Part shown: positions 1 to 16,715 of the stretch, in pieces
How the letters are laid out: each line of letters begins with the position of its first letter
How positions within the stretch are numbered: position 1 is the stretch's first letter
Assembly: GCF_009914755.1 (NCBI RefSeq)
Contig: NC_060928.1
DNA from: the human T2T-CHM13v2.0 reference genome, Homo sapiens
Direction: 5' to 3' (one strand)
Length of the DNA stretch: 64,000 nucleotides
Position numbers and translations under genes: made by a program
The notes under the pieces: generated by a model
The model's input: only the letters and a program-made list of their open reading frames with translations
Database searches by the model: none
Told to the model about the DNA's origin: nothing

Positions 1-478
1 GGAGTGTCTTAGCAAGAGGATGTTAGGAGGGAATTATAAGAGCTGAGCTTGTATGAGATGATATGGGGGAGAGCTTAAGAAAGTGGGCATTGTACTGGAT
101 TGCTTACTTTCAGGAGGCAGAGACAACGCCATGATTGATTATCTTAATTAAATCATCTGTAAGGAGGGAAGAATTGAGTGAAGCTAATGGTGTAGTTGGT
201 GAAGAAGCAGTCACTCTTACTAGCTGGAACTGGGAATATATGTTTATTTTGTGGCTTGGAGAGTGTTCATATTTTGTCCATACCTGAATATGCAGCGGTC
301 TTGTTTTTGTCTTGATCTGTTACTGTCACAGAGTGGCCTCGTCTAATGTTGCTGTTCTGTGAAATTGTTCATGTTCAACAGAATACCAAGTGAGTCTCAG
401 ACCAGCTCATGATAACATAAAGGCCATGCTAGTAATACAATACCAGAGCAGCTCTCAAATATCCCTTCTGTTTTTCAG
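1..478 (-). mobile_element. Old ERV LTR remnant (LTR78/LTR79-like), truncated by window edge
   Basis: Recalled similarity of 'gttctgtgaaattgttcatgttcaacagaataccaag...ccagctc...ttctgtttttca' to old ERV1-class LTR ends; subfamily uncertain. Confidence 0.4.
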
Positions 479-1253
479 TACTACAACAATACACAAGATC
501 TTAAAAATGTAGTAGTGATTATTAAAAAGGGCTTACAGCAAGACCTATAACATAATATTATTTATATAAATTACAGACATAATAAATAAAACAGTAGTAT
601 GTATTATTCAAGGATGAATATATGTATACAAGACCCTATACCAAATACAAGGGTTTTCATCTCTAGTGTGGTCGGAGGGAAGGGGCCAGTAGCCAATATT
701 GGGGGTGAAAGGAAATATTAAATAAGAGAAGAGCCTTGTATGGACCAATGTGATAGTGTGCTATGTAGATTGAAAACTATGATAATTCATTTTCAGCAGC
801 TAAAGTCTTAAAACAAGTCTACACTTCTGCAGAAAAGTGGTAAGGGAAAGAGTGGGAGAGGACCTGTAGCCCAGCATCTTATCTATATTTACTACTCTTG
901 CCTTGTGGGAGGTGGGGGAAGGGGGAGGAGGAGGAATACCTTCTTTAAGCTTTTCCTAAATGTCTTACATTTCCCCCAAAAGGAATGAGCTGTTGTAATG
1001 ATAGCATGTTGATGCTGGTTAAAATAAAACATGCCCACCAGTGTAAAATGATAGCATTAATATTTCTTGTGGGAACTTGATTTAGCTTTAAATGTACCCA
1101 AAAGCTTTCGAAGTACAAAAGCCCTCATATTAGCTCCAGAGAAACCAAGTTTATTATATCTTAAGGAAAAGATTTCTTCATGAACCTTAAATTTAGTGTC
1201 TGTGTAATCATGTTATTTTGTCATTTACTTTTTAACTGTAGAAAAGAGCTTGA

Positions 1254-1654
<401 letters not shown>

Positions 1655-2183
1655 TAAATGTCCTTGTGTCTTCACTTCATCTTCCTTAATAAGTATTTAG
1701 AGGCAGTATTTTCGATATTAACAGCATAGATTCTTTAATTTAGGAAAGAAGAAAACTTAATTTTGATTTTTCTAACTTTCTGCTCAGCTCTTCCAACGTG
1801 AATATGTAGGTCTCTGTCTCCCGGGGTCCTCATTATGCTTTACTTTGCCCTTTCCAGTGCCCTTTCCAGTGTTTCAACCACATTGAGCCGCATGGCCGCA
1901 TAGGGGACTATGAAGATCAGCTCATGCATTTGTGAAGCACTGCCTCCTTGTGTCTTACTGTTCTCTTTCTTAATTGGCTGTGTTCTGGAATGGTGTCTTG
2001 GTGTTATGTTTTAAAACATTATTTTGCGTAATTTATGTCATTTTATAGTCAGCCAGGAGAAAGTACACTACATTAGTTTTATGTCATCAAATTGTTTAAT
2101 CATCTCTATAATTTACATGAATCTTCATTAATAATACAGGAGGAAATACAAGACTCTTTCTATAAAGCTTTGAAAATGCTGAG

Positions 2184-2375
2184 TTTTTTTGAAATAGATT
2201 TAGAGGGTACAAATGCACTTGTTACATGGCTATACTCTAGTGGTAAAGTCTGGGCTTTTAGTGTAACCATCACTGGAATACTGTACCTTGAACCCATTAG
2301 GTAATTTCTCATCCCTTACCCGTCTCCTTCTCTGCCATCTTTCCAAGTCTCTGATGTCTGTTATTCCACTCTGTA
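2184..2375 (-). mobile_element. L1 3'-end fragment (L1PB-like)
   Basis: 'gatttagagggtacaaatgcacttgttacatgg...gtctgggcttttagtgtaaccatcac...cccattaggtaatttctcatcc' resembles antisense L1PB 3'UTR. Confidence 0.75.
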
Positions 2376-3373
2376 GCCGACATTAATTTTTAAGGATAGT
2401 TACTCTTTATATACTACTTCTGTAAATCCATAACAGATCCCCAGGTTTTTTCCTTGTCTATTAGGAACTGTTTAAAAAATTTTGTTTAAGAAACAAATGT
2501 ATCTCCATTCATATTCTTGAACAACACTTCTAATTAATGAATTACTCAGAAATTTTGCTGATGAAAACATGTTATGAAATCTGTATATTGTATAAGACCT
2601 TTGCTTCCCTGAGAGAAATCACTCCCATTGTTTCTTCAGGAACTTATTCTTTCAGACTTGCAGGTTTGAACTCTTGAAAATTTCTATGTGTTTTCTCTCT
2701 GAATATGTAGAAATTCCATGTTTGTTCTATGTAGATAGGATTAAGATGGAACTGTGTTCTAAAAATTGGGTTGTTTTTTATAAATTGTCCAAATTTACAT
2801 TTTCCTAAAAAATATATTAAGAATGTTAGCTTGCAACCTCTTTTAAATCCATAATATGCTGACATATTATCTTTGCAATAAAGAATATTGGAAAAACAAT
2901 ACTGCTGCAAGTGTACAAATGGTATTTAATTCCACATGCTCCTGTGCTTCCATCAGTCCCTGCACATAGGCTTCTCTACTCCTGATTCTAAAGCTCATTT
3001 ACACTAAAAAGGTTATTGAAAGGTACTTGATCTGTTTTTGAGCTTAAGAAATAGAGCTAATGGACAGTGTCACAATTGTACATGCACATGCAGCCCATTT
3101 TCCATTCCTAGATATATCATTTACGTTTTCTACATCACCTACACTCTTGGGTCCAGGGTTATAGAGCATAGTAAGAAGCCGAAAAGAATGAATACCTTTT
3201 GAAGAACTATTTTCAAGCTAGTGTACCTAATTAGATGAGGACCATAGGCAGTTTTTCCTTCAGATGCCAGCAATCTAGAAGGAGGAGTAGGATGGGAGCA
3301 GACAGGTTGCCTCCCCACCTGGATAACTGAGTGTGGTTTTCTGCAGTTCTTAAAATTGTCAGCTCACACATAC

Positions 3374-3411
<38 letters not shown>
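3374..3411. repeat. (TACT)n tetranucleotide microsatellite
   Basis: About 9 perfect units in the Alu tail. Confidence 0.95.
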
Positions 3412-3730
3412 TATATGTCTGTAAGTACGTGACAGAGTCTCACTGTGGCACCCAGGCTGGAGTGCAGTATCATGATCTTGGCTTACTGTAACCTCTGCCT
3501 CCTGGGTCCAAGTGATTCTTGATTCTCATGCCTCAGTCTCCCAGGTAGCTGGCAATACACGTGTGCACAGTCACACCTGGCTAATTTATTTCATTTTATT
3601 TTATTTGTATTTTAGTAGAGATAGAGTTTCACCATGTTGCCCAGGCTGGTCTGGAACTCTTGAGCTCAGGCAGTCTGCCCACCTCAGCCTCCCAAACTGC
3701 TGGGATTACAGGCGTGAGCCACTGCCCCCA
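3375..3730 (-). mobile_element. AluJ-like; tail converted to (TTAC)n
   Basis: Alu body 3430-3730; TSD ctcacacatact at 3363-3374 and 3736-3747. Confidence 0.95.
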
Positions 3731-4007
3731 ACCAACTCACACATACTTTAAGTGGGACTTTATTTAATATCTTCATATCAGCGATAGAACTTGATGTGGT
3801 TTTCCATACATGTACACACACATAATAAATATCATCCCTTTGACAATACTATAAGAATTAGTGCCTTTATCATTGGATATTCTCTTAAAATCATTAACAG
3901 AAAATGTGTTCTTTCTAGAGGAATTTTATCAAAAAATTTATAAGGTGTTTGAACATGTGATTACAAAGGAAAGGGAAAGCTAATAAAGAACTTAGTAGTA
4001 TAACCAT

Positions 4008-4315
<308 letters not shown>

Positions 4316-4890
4316 TTAGTATGTAACTATTTATTTAGCTATTTTTCAGGCACATTTTAGAACAAAAGTGATTTTTTTTCAAACCTCTTTACCCTCTTTG
4401 GTGGTAGGAGACAGATTTCATATTCATAGAGGTCCATATGTGGTACATATGTTACTTAAAACTTGTGGTTGACACTGTAGTGGGAAGTAACAGTAGGGTC
4501 ACTACTGATATCTAAATCCCTGATGTTTCTAGTAGGTATAAACTAGAGTGTGATTTGTTTTTGTGAGGAGGGAATTATATCTCTGTTAGGTAAGCTAAAT
4601 TCTTATTTTTGGCATTCATACTGTAATTCTCTATCCTGATTCTTGTGTTTTTGCACATTGTAGACAAATATTAAAAATCCCACTTGACATGATTCTAAAT
4701 CAGAAATTCCTGAGAATAGAGATGTTTAAAAGATGAACTAAAGCTACCTTAAAACATTTCAGTATTTTGAAAGAGAAAAGGATATTGTATTTAATTCCTC
4801 CTTTATAAAGAAGTTTTAACTAAACTTTAAAATTATTTTTTATTATCTGGTGTACCAGGATTGTGTGGGTAATATTCTTTTTGTTTTTAG

Positions 4891-5354
<464 letters not shown>

Positions 5355-5400
5355 CTCCTCCTCTATTTTTTTTTTACAGCCCTTTAAAAATGTAGAAGCT

Positions 5401-5710
5401 GGCCAAGCACGGTGATTCACACATGGTAGTTCCGGCACTTTGGGAGGCAAGGTGGACAGATTGCTTGATCCCAGGAGCTCAAGACCAGCCTCGGCAACAT
5501 GGCAAAACCCTGTTTCTACAAAAAAATACAAAAATTAGTTGGACATGGTCACATGCACCTGTAGTCCCAGCTACTCAGGAGGCTGAGGTGGGTGGATTGC
5601 TTGAGCCCATGGGATCAAGGCTGAGATTGTGCCACTGCACTTCATCCTGGGTGGCAGAGAGTCAGACCCTGTCTCAAAGAAAATAGTAATAATAAATAAT
5701 AATAAATTAA
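5401..5710 (+). mobile_element. Older Alu (J-like) with (TAA)n tail
   Basis: Diverged Alu dimer; TSD taaaaatgtagaa on both sides (about 5385-5397 and 5711-5723). Confidence 0.95.
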
Positions 5711-6024
5711 TAAAAATGTAGAAATGATTCCAAGCTAAAGTGCTCTATGAAAATAGGTTTGGCCCACTGGCTGTTTTGGGGCCTAGTTCTAGACCAAGTT
5801 CTGCCCCAAACTAATTGTGTGCTTTGGGGTAGTTTGTATAATTGGTTTTATCTTCTCTGGCTATTTTATGAAGATAATCTAGTAGTCACTTCATATGTGA
5901 AGAATTTATGAAATACCTATATATTTGCTTTTGTTTTCTAATTTTAGATACACACTTTACTACAGAAAATAATTTAGTCATGTTAAGTTTGATTAATGCT
6001 AAGATTAGTATCATCTGAGGTCAA

Positions 6025-6250
6025 GCTATATGGCATGTGAATTCAGTGTCAGAAAGTCTGAATTTGGGTCCTTGATTTGCTACTTACTAGACTCTCTGGT
6101 TGCAGGTAAGCTCTGAAACTCTGAGTTTCTACTTCCTGTTCATCAAATTGATGAAATGACACTAACTCTGCCTACCTCTTAAAATTCTTTAATTATTTTT
6201 TAATTGAAATGTGAAACTAAGATACCGTTATAAAGCACAAAACATTAAAT
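6025..6250 (+). mobile_element. MIR
   Basis: MIR core-like 'tcagaaagtctgaatttgggtcct...ctacttactag...ctctgagtttc'. Confidence 0.6.
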
Positions 6251-6489
6251 CATCATTAGGAGTCATTCTTTTAAACTACATGTTTTCATAACTGAATTTC
6301 CCCTTATAAATTTTATTATGGAGAAAAAATTTTAATTTAAAAACCACTAACTAGTAAGGCCAATAATTCTTCATAGTATAGCATCTGGCAAATAGACACT
6401 CAGTGGCTAGTTATCTAAGGTAAGTCAGTAGCTTTTCCAACTAGAACTTATACCTAGGTTTTAATTATATTGTTCCTTTCTAACTAACC

Positions 6490-6582
6490 CAATGGTATCA
6501 AATGCTCTCTGGAATATAGATAATGAAGCTCTTAACATAGTGCCTCCCACATAGTAGGCACTCAGAAATTTGCTGACTAATT
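6490..6582 (+). mobile_element. L2 3' end
   Basis: 'aacatagtgcctcccacatagtaggcactcagaaatttgctgactaa'. Confidence 0.6.
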
Positions 6583-7043
6583 CTAGGACTTCCATCTGCC
6601 TAGGTATTAGATGTTTCCATTTACCTCTCAGCTGTAAATACTGCATTTTTTGTGCTTAAAGTATAAAACTGTTGTCTTTCCTTCTTAGTTTGCATTTGCT
6701 CCATTCCCTCAGTAGTTCTCTTTATCTCCTTTGTCAGTGACAGAAGAATAAAAAGAAAAATATTCCCTGGGGACTGGATAGGTTCTGTCCAATTGAAAGA
6801 TAGTTAATTCCCAGTTTACTTTTTTCTTGACCCTTCTTCCCTCAGTTAGTTATTTCCAACAAAAGCCACTTGAAACCAAATTTCATATAATAAAAGCTGT
6901 GCTTTGGCTAGTGGTAGCTCATCTGTTGGGGAGAAGGAAGCAAAGAAGGAAGCTCCCTAGAAATCTAAGATGGATTTTTCAGTTTTATTTGGTTTTGCGT
7001 TATACACAGTTTAAGGGGGGAAGAAAACAGAAATAACTTAGTA

Positions 7044-7203
7044 CAGTACTTTCCAAATCTAGCTGTACATCAGAATCACCAGATAAGCTTTGAAAAACCA
7101 AGGATTTCCTGGCCATGAACCAGACTTATTAAATCAGAATCTTGGAGGGGGTCAGAGCTATCAATCTATAATTTCAGAAGATTCAGCCAGGTTTGAGAAC
7201 CAG
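7044..7203. mobile_element. MER5-family hAT MITE
   Basis: 'cagtactttccaaatctagctgtacatcagaatcacc...aaatcagaatct...cagccaggtttgagaaccagt'. Confidence 0.7.
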
Positions 7204-7204
7204 T

Positions 7205-7430
7205 CAGTACCATGGTTTTTAGAGTAAGACAGATGTGAGTTTGAAATCTGGTTCTGTTACTTACTACCTGTATGAATTTCAGCAATTTATTTAACCACCC
7301 TTCAAAAAAGTAAAGGTAATACAGGTAGTAAAGCTTCATTTCATTGAGGTATTTTGAGATTAAATGAAATAATATAACATGTAAATGCTTGCTACATAAC
7401 AATCACTCAGTAAATCATTGTTTATTGTTT
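7205..7430 (+). mobile_element. MIR
   Basis: 'gagtttgaaatctggttctgttacttactacctgtatga...gagattaaatgaaataatata..tgtaaatgctt'. Confidence 0.7.
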
Positions 7431-7819
7431 TACATGATTGTATTATCATTTTCTGACAGATGGTATTTCCTTAGGAAAAAAGTTAGACTAAATTTAAATT
7501 TTAAATAGAATTCTTTAAAATAGAACGTGAATAAAAGTTTATTTCATGACAGTCTCAAATTAGTTATGCTACATGTGCATTATCAGCATTTTATTAATAG
7601 AAATATGCAGGTATAGAGTATTCACTCTGTAGTTTTCTTACAAGACTTGACACTTTTTAGAGTATTATGTACATGTTGCACATAGGCCAAGATGATAGTC
7701 ACATTCATTTGGCAAAAACTATTTAGATTTCTAATCTAACACAATAAAAGAAAAATGGAAAAGAAAGAGTATAAAATTTTTTTATGTTGGCTGCTTGATT
7801 TACATGAGGCCCAACCTGG

Positions 7820-8201
<382 letters not shown>

Positions 8202-8451
8202 TAACTAAGTAAAGGGAAGCTGGTGTATGTAAAAATATGAGATATACATGTTGATTTTAGCGAACATTTAGGTTTCTCTGAAAATCTGATATCAAATAAC
8301 TCTACCTGAAACAAATGATACTGGTCTGTTTTGTGTTAAAATAAGTATCTATACACACTACTATGATTTTGGCATTCTAAGTATTCTGAGATCTTTTAAA
8401 AATATTTTTTAGACTTTTATGTTTGTACATATTTTGAGAAAATAAGTCTGA

Positions 8452-8914
<463 letters not shown>

Positions 8915-9261
8915 CCAGCATGATCATTTCTAAAGTGAAAATAAACAGTGAAAAGCCATTAGTAACTTGCCAATAATGTTGATTCTTTGGTTAGCGTGAT
9001 AAATCAAATTTCCCAGAGGCAGTCACATAAATTATAGCATTATGTTGCTAAGATGAATTTGGCCAAATTATGCTTCATTTGTAGCAGAGTCAATCTTAAA
9101 ACTCAGGTCTCGTAACTGCCTGCCAAGACTATCCCTTTATTTTGTAGGTGAAACCTAGGCAAAGCCAATTTGGTGCTCACTCACCCCTTCCCAGAAATGA
9201 AGTTGGTTGATGGCTCTTTTGAAAGTATTAAGTTCAGGTATCTGAAAAATTGGAGGAATAT

Positions 9262-9660
9262 TAGTAATAGTTAACCTTTAGCTACTGAGTTGGTGCTGTA
9301 CCTGTTTATCTCGTTTAATTTTTATTCTATCTCATATGAGGTAGATGTTGTTATGCCCATTTTACTGTTTTTTATTATCTATCTAGTATTCAAAGGTTCA
9401 TAACATCAAAAAAGTCATAATAACTGTTACAATAGCTACTGTAGATCCTTATTTTTGACACTACCCTTTACTCTGTTTTACATATCATTTTATTTGTCAT
9501 GCAACTCTGTGAGAGTCTAAGTATGAATGTCTACATTTTAAATATGTACCACCTTACACTAAATAGGTTGAAGTAATTTTGCCCAAACTCACACAGCTAA
9601 TAGCTGAAATAAGTGAAGTTTTAACTCAGGTCTGATTTCAAATTTCATTTCTTTCCTGCT
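9262..9660 (-). mobile_element. Two MIR fragments
   Basis: 'atgaggtagatgttgttatgcccattttac' and 'aggttgaagtaattttgcccaaactcacacagctaa'. Confidence 0.6.
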
Positions 9661-9905
9661 ACTTTATCTTACTTCACATATATAATTTTACCTCTTACCA
9701 AAATAAGACTAGTGTTACCTAGGAAGTGGGGTAGGCATGATAGATATGTTTTTTTCTTATACATGAAGGAGTTCTTATGATTCTCACGCTCTGATTTTCT
9801 AAACTAAAAATATGTTCCTGTTCCATTGTTATCAAAATGTAAAAATCAGTTAAGTACCACAATATATGGGGGCTTTAAAAAGTTACTTAGAAAATATGCA
9901 TTGTA

Positions 9906-9983
9906 CAGTGAGCCGAGATCGCGCCACTGCACTCCAGCCTGAGCAACAGAGCGAGACTCCGTCTAAAAAAAAAAAAGAAAGAA
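9906..9983 (+). mobile_element. Severely 5'-truncated Alu (3' ~59 bp plus tail)
   Basis: cagtgagccgagatcgcgccactgcactccagcctg...ccgtct + A tail; 17-bp TSD agaaaatatgcattgta at 9889-9905 and 9984-10000. Confidence 0.95.
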
Positions 9984-11789
9984 AGAAAATATGCATTGTA
10001 TTGATGTTTCTAATTATTAGAAATCTCCCACTATGTTTCAAGGGGACTTTTGTTAGGTCAAGTTGGAACATGGATATTTACGGACTATATCATGGTGTCA
10101 CATAGGTAATTATTTGTTTTCTTTGAAGCTAAACGAAATTACAACAGTATATCATTCAAAGTGCTAAGCTTTGGATCATAAGTAGTTAATCTGATTAAAC
10201 AGCTTAGTCATGCATTCATGATAAGGATATAATGACAAAAATTCTATAGGTTTTAATAATAATATCTTAGTCTAGGAATTCTGGCATAAGAATTATTTTG
10301 GAAATAGATCATTTATGTGTTTCTGTTTTCGTTTACAACTGAAAATAGTGTAGTAATATTGATTCATCTAATATGAATATTATGACTACAGAATAATTAG
10401 AATCCCAGCAATGGAAAGTTTGAATAAAAATTATTAAGTGTAAAAGTTTTACTTCTTAAGATAGTGCCTTTTCAGAATGAGGCAATTTGACATCATTGTT
10501 TTTGCCTAAGACAGCTTTTAGAGTTTAGTCTAGAAGTTGTTCAAATAGAAGTTGGTGACACGTTGAAGCTGAATGCCTTCTTTTCTTAAAAGGTAGGAAA
10601 TGCTCTTCTCATTTGTAAGTTTTAGTTTTCTACAGTCTAATAATCTTATAAAAGGTACATCGTTTTAAATTTGAAATGTAGTTGGAATGTCTTATTGAAT
10701 GTCTTCAGTGATGACTTCTGGTTTTCTAAGGTTTCATTTTTGAAAAATATGACTTTTAGGGTCATAAAAGGAAAAAATAAAAACTGTATATACAGTTTTG
10801 TGATAAAAGAACTGAATATATATGAGGTTGGTGGTGTGCAGTGTAAAGCTGGCGGGTGGGGAGGGTTGTTTCTAAGAAGTTACCTTAATTAAAAAGAGAA
10901 TACCCTATTCATTGGCCATTCAAAGTGGGAATATAGATATGTGGGGTGGAGAGGGGGACAGCTTTGTACCTGCAAAGCTCTAATGAATGCCACTACATGG
11001 TGGAGCTTGAGAACTCACTGAGCTACCCAAAAGACTAGTTTGTCATTGCAGTGGCTCCTAGACATTGCTTTACGAGGAAAGAAAAGAGGAAAGAGGATGA
11101 GCCTAGATACAAAGGGAAAGGCTTGGGAAAAAGAAACTACATCCATGATTTTTATAGTGCCTCTTTTGTTACTATTGTTTTGTAAATAAAATAGGTAGCA
11201 AATCCAGTCATTCAAAATTATAAATAACCACTAAAGGGAGAAGTCAATGCTCACTTTAGCTTGGTTTCTGCTGTTGTTCTTTATGGTGTGCATTTGTGTT
11301 TACGGTACTCTCCGAAATAGCTCTTCACAGCTACTTTATGTATAAGCTCTTTGTCACATCTAATGGAACTTTTTTGAAGTTGTTTGCATCAACTTGAATC
11401 TTTAGTTGTTCCCTAAGTTCATTCTGGAATGGCTGAAACCACTTATAAAGAAGAAAGTATTAAGGGCATTGAGTTACCCAACGTATTAGTTGTTATCGCT
11501 GAATTCTACTTTTAACCAGGAATATACTTTGGTCTTCGTTCAAAAGCACATCATTTTTTTGTAATTAAAATATATATGGAGACAATATAGTCTTTAATTT
11601 AGTTATTAAGAATATTGGTATTCTGTTTGAAACTTGGAAATTCTGACATCAAAATTATATTTATTACTGATTAGACATAATTGTATCATTTGGTTATTTT
11701 TATATCTAAGCTAAAGTGATCCTCTCTAATCCTTTATACTCTAGGTTTTTTTTGTAAGGATATAATGCCAAAAATTTTGAAAAAAAGAA

Positions 11790-12086
11790 AACAGGCACTG
11801 TGGCTCACACCTGTAATCCCTGCACTTTGGGAGGCTGAGGTGGGAGAATCTCTTGAACCAAGGAGTTCAAGACCAGCCTGGGCAACATGGCAAAACCCCA
11901 TCTGTCCAAAAAATACAAAAATTAGCTGGGTATAGTGGCACATGCTTGTAGTCCCAGCTACTCTGCAGGCTGAGGCAGGAGGATCACTTGAGCACTGGGG
12001 AGGTTGAGGCTGCAGTGAGCCATGATCATACCACTGTACTTTAGCCTAGGTGACAGAGTGAGGCCCTATCTCAAAAAAAAAAAAAA
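11790..12086 (+). mobile_element. AluJ-like
   Basis: Alu dimer with 'ggaggatcacttgagc...gaggctgcagtgagccatgatc' and poly-A. Confidence 0.95.
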
Positions 12087-13059
12087 GACTGAACTTTAGT
12101 CTTTTAATGTTATATTTCTGGATTTAAATAAAAACAGAAGAAAGATAATGAAGTGTGCTCTTTCATTCTTAATCTTTCATTTTTATTCTTATCATTAAAC
12201 ATATGGAACACATCTTAGGTAGACCATATATATTTTTATAATTCTATATTTTGTTAAAGATTTATATATTTTAGTATTGCCTCCTTAATAGATGCATTCC
12301 TACAAAGTTTGTTCTGTAAGAACTTCCTATTTATTGTAGTGATTTTTTCCCAGTGATTTTCATTATAATATTAAAACTATAAGCCATTTTTCTACTTTTG
12401 ACATCTAAATGTCATAAAACCTTATTTGCTTGTAAATATCTATATTCTTAAAAGTAGTATATCTTCCATAAAATATTAACAGTAACTTGAAATATTAATA
12501 ACATTTCTGCAGTGTACCCTAAAGAACAACCAGAATCTTTGACTAGAAGGAGGCTCATTCTCATTTTTCTTCACAAACTGTTCGTCGATCATAGAGCAAT
12601 CACATAAGCTTAGTGATTAGACTACACTTGTTTTTTGCTAGTGTGGAACTACATTATTGCTTCAAATTTATTTCCAAGTTAGCAATATTTCCCCCGTAGC
12701 TTTTTTCTTTCCTTGAGATGTACTGATCTTTTCCAAAAGTCTTGATTGACATCACTTCTGTTTTAAAATGCTGATCATAAAAGATGATTATTGTTTTAAT
12801 GTTTGTTTTATCTATTATAAATAGGATTAATCATAAAAGGATAGAATCATGAAGGCATCATTTGGTAGGTAGACGTCTTAATAGTATTGGTTTATTGGGC
12901 CCGAGAATTCTATAAATATGCTAGTCATTGTAGGGTAATGTTGAAGCAGTTGTCAAAGTCATTAAACTTACAAGTTTATCAAGTGAATTTCTTTTGATTA
13001 TTTCTAAATGCATTTTCTTCTTAGTACCCAAATTTCTCACAATTGAAAAGCAACTGGGT

Positions 13060-13290
13060 GTTGGGACAGAAATATAGTATTTGGACATTAGAGGGTCTGG
13101 CCTTGACATTTGATGCTACTACTTAACTGGCTCTTATCTAAAACTGGTATCCTAAAAGCCTTAATTTCTTAGTGCCAGTGCTGTCTGTCTATCTCGCAGG
13201 TTCATTATAAGTATATGAGGTAATATGTGTGCAACAGGAAAGAACTGGCCCAAAATGTTAGTGTTGCTGGGATTAAGAAACCCTGCTCTG
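13060..13290. mobile_element. MIR fragment followed by MER20-like end
   Basis: MIR-like 13060-13225; 'tggcccaaaatgttagtgttgctgggattaagaaaccctg' resembles a MER20 terminus. Confidence 0.5.
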
Positions 13291-13873
13291 CGGCATTCTC
13301 TCTTTGATATTTCCCTGCCTTTTATAGGAACTCTTTTTCACCTAAGATTTTCCATTTATGTTTTGTTCATTCTTTATCATCTGCTCAGAGTTGTAAGTTT
13401 ACCACAAGTGGAGACCTGGGATGTACACCCAGGGACCAGAGTCACCCCATAACTCATTTTCTCATAAATTGTTTCCTAGAGAAGCCTCCTTTTTCAGCTA
13501 GAGCCCTTTGGATGCCTTTTTTCTTTTCTTTTTTTTAATTTGACTTTTCCAACGTAGTTGAAACACAGAATCTCCGTTAACCCTCAATGTACACTGGTCT
13601 TAATCAGATCAAGTTTTTAACCACAAGGTAAAATGTTTCACTTTGCTCATGAATCTTAAGAATGGGCCATCCAGAGTGGCTGTACCCAGAACAACAGGTT
13701 TACTGTTGTTTGTTTCACTCCAGTTCCCTGACTTTGACTGCTCTCTTTGAGTATTGCCTTAGCTTTCATTTCTAATCTGTGAAAAGATGCCTTCCATTTG
13801 CCTACAGCCACTTTTGCATAGATTAATTGTACTAGTTTAGTCTGAGTTAATTTTAATTTAATCCATTTGCTAA

Positions 13874-14239
<366 letters not shown>

Positions 14240-15834
14240 TGACTATTCTCTTTTCAAAAATGTGTATCGGCTTAAATATTTAAGAGATGGGAAAGAGAAG
14301 TTCCTGATGACATTGTATGCACCACGGTAGCAGGTGATGTGGTGACTGTATCTCTGTTTAGGTAATAACACTTTTGGCCTCATACTAGCGTTTGAATTAG
14401 TTCCGGAAACATATGTGTCACATTTTGTTTCATCAGCTTTCCATCTCAGCATTAATGATCAAGGCAAAAAATAAAGCAGTGTGCTTTTTGTATCTAACCT
14501 CATCTGATTTCATGGTTGTGGTGAGATTGCACAGAGATGAATAGAGGACTTTGAAGTATCACTTTTCTAGTTAGATTTTCATCTTTCCTGTGCATATTTA
14601 ATCGAGCCAGAAGAATGAGAAAGGCCTGAAGGGTACCTCTATCTTCTCTTCCTACTTCAGTGAAAGGACTTCCTCTAATAGATTAATGGACAGAGGTTAA
14701 TAATAAAGGTATTCACAGGAATGAAAGAAGAATTGACTAAGACAGAAGGAGATTAGGTGCTACTATGGGGTAGGTTTATCAGAATTATGACTTCCATAGT
14801 GTACTGTATATTGAGGCATTTCATTATTCATATTTTTTAACAAAACACTCTATTTGGTTTTGTGAGTATTGTGAAGAATGTTATTAAGCCAGTTTGTAGG
14901 TAAACACTGCCTCAGGTTTCATCAAACTTGGCACTTAAAGTTAGGATTCAACTCTTTCACTGCAGTATTACAGAGGGGCTCCATCTATTTGTTACCTGAA
15001 AATTGCCTGGAACAGTGTAGAGATTTTAAAAACTACTTCCAAGCAAAACTTGCAGTGATGTCACTCATTACCCATTGCTCTAAGAAATGCCCTCATCTTG
15101 CTGTCTAGGAAGCACTTTTCATGGACTGCTAACTTCTGTTAGAGCTGTATCAATTACAAGCAGTTTGGCAGGGTAATTCTGATATGTAAAGCTGGGGAGG
15201 AACATTGTTTGGTTAATTAATTCATTTGGTTAATTAAAAAGTGAAATTATACTTTGATTCATATAAGTGATACCATGTAGAAGAAATATAAATCTGTGTT
15301 TAGATATTACTGTCAAATATTACCAATTCTGAAATATAAGGATATTCCTATTCCTTCTCATATTCCTATGAGAAGGAATGTCATAGCTGGTTTAGGTAAA
15401 GAAATTGAGCATATGCAGCTAAACCCACTCTGGACTCTTTTTTTTTTTTGGCAACTACCTAGACGCACAGTGGTTCCATAGTGCCTGCTCTACCATGCTA
15501 TAAGCTTAGGGAAGGCTTTGCTCCAGAAAAGGAACCTGTAATTAGCTCATGTGAGTGAGTAGATAGCCACATCTAATAAAAGGTTAAGTATTAGGAAATT
15601 CTTGTGACTATACATACAAGGTACATTCTCCAGTAATAAAATTTGTATTTTGATATTTTTATCTTCGTATTTCTTTCTCTTCTGTATTCTCATTCTCTCA
15701 TCTATCCATATTCTCTCTCCCTGTCTTCATCTTTCTCTCTCTCTTCTATCCTACCCATCACCTATTGTATTTAGATAAGGAAAACAGGGTTATTTTGTGG
15801 CCTCCCTATAACTTTAACAACACCCTTCTCCATT

Positions 15835-16473
<639 letters not shown>

Positions 16474-16519
16474 TGACATTCAGTGTACAGTGAACACACT
16501 CATACATCTCCTCATGCAG

Positions 16520-16715
16520 ATATGCACCGTCTAAAGATGGAGGCTACTAGCTACATTTAACTGTTTAATTTTCAACTGATTATAATTAAATAGAATTTAA
16601 AATTCAGTTCCTTAGTTTCACAGTAGCCATATTTTAAGTGCTCCATAGCCACGGTAGTGAATGACTACTCTATCGAATAATGCAGGTAAAGAACATCTCC
16701 TTCACTGAAGTAAGC
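16520..16715. mobile_element. MER3-like hAT MITE
   Basis: 'aaattcagttccttagtttcacagtagccatattttaagtgctccatagccac...agaacatctccttcactg'. Confidence 0.7.

Noticed and set aside
905-935. G-rich run as G-quadruplex
   Set aside because: Only three tracts of three or more G
9148-9237. 90-nt plus-strand exon candidate with a good acceptor
   Set aside because: Stops in all three frames and a weak donor (CAG|gtatct)
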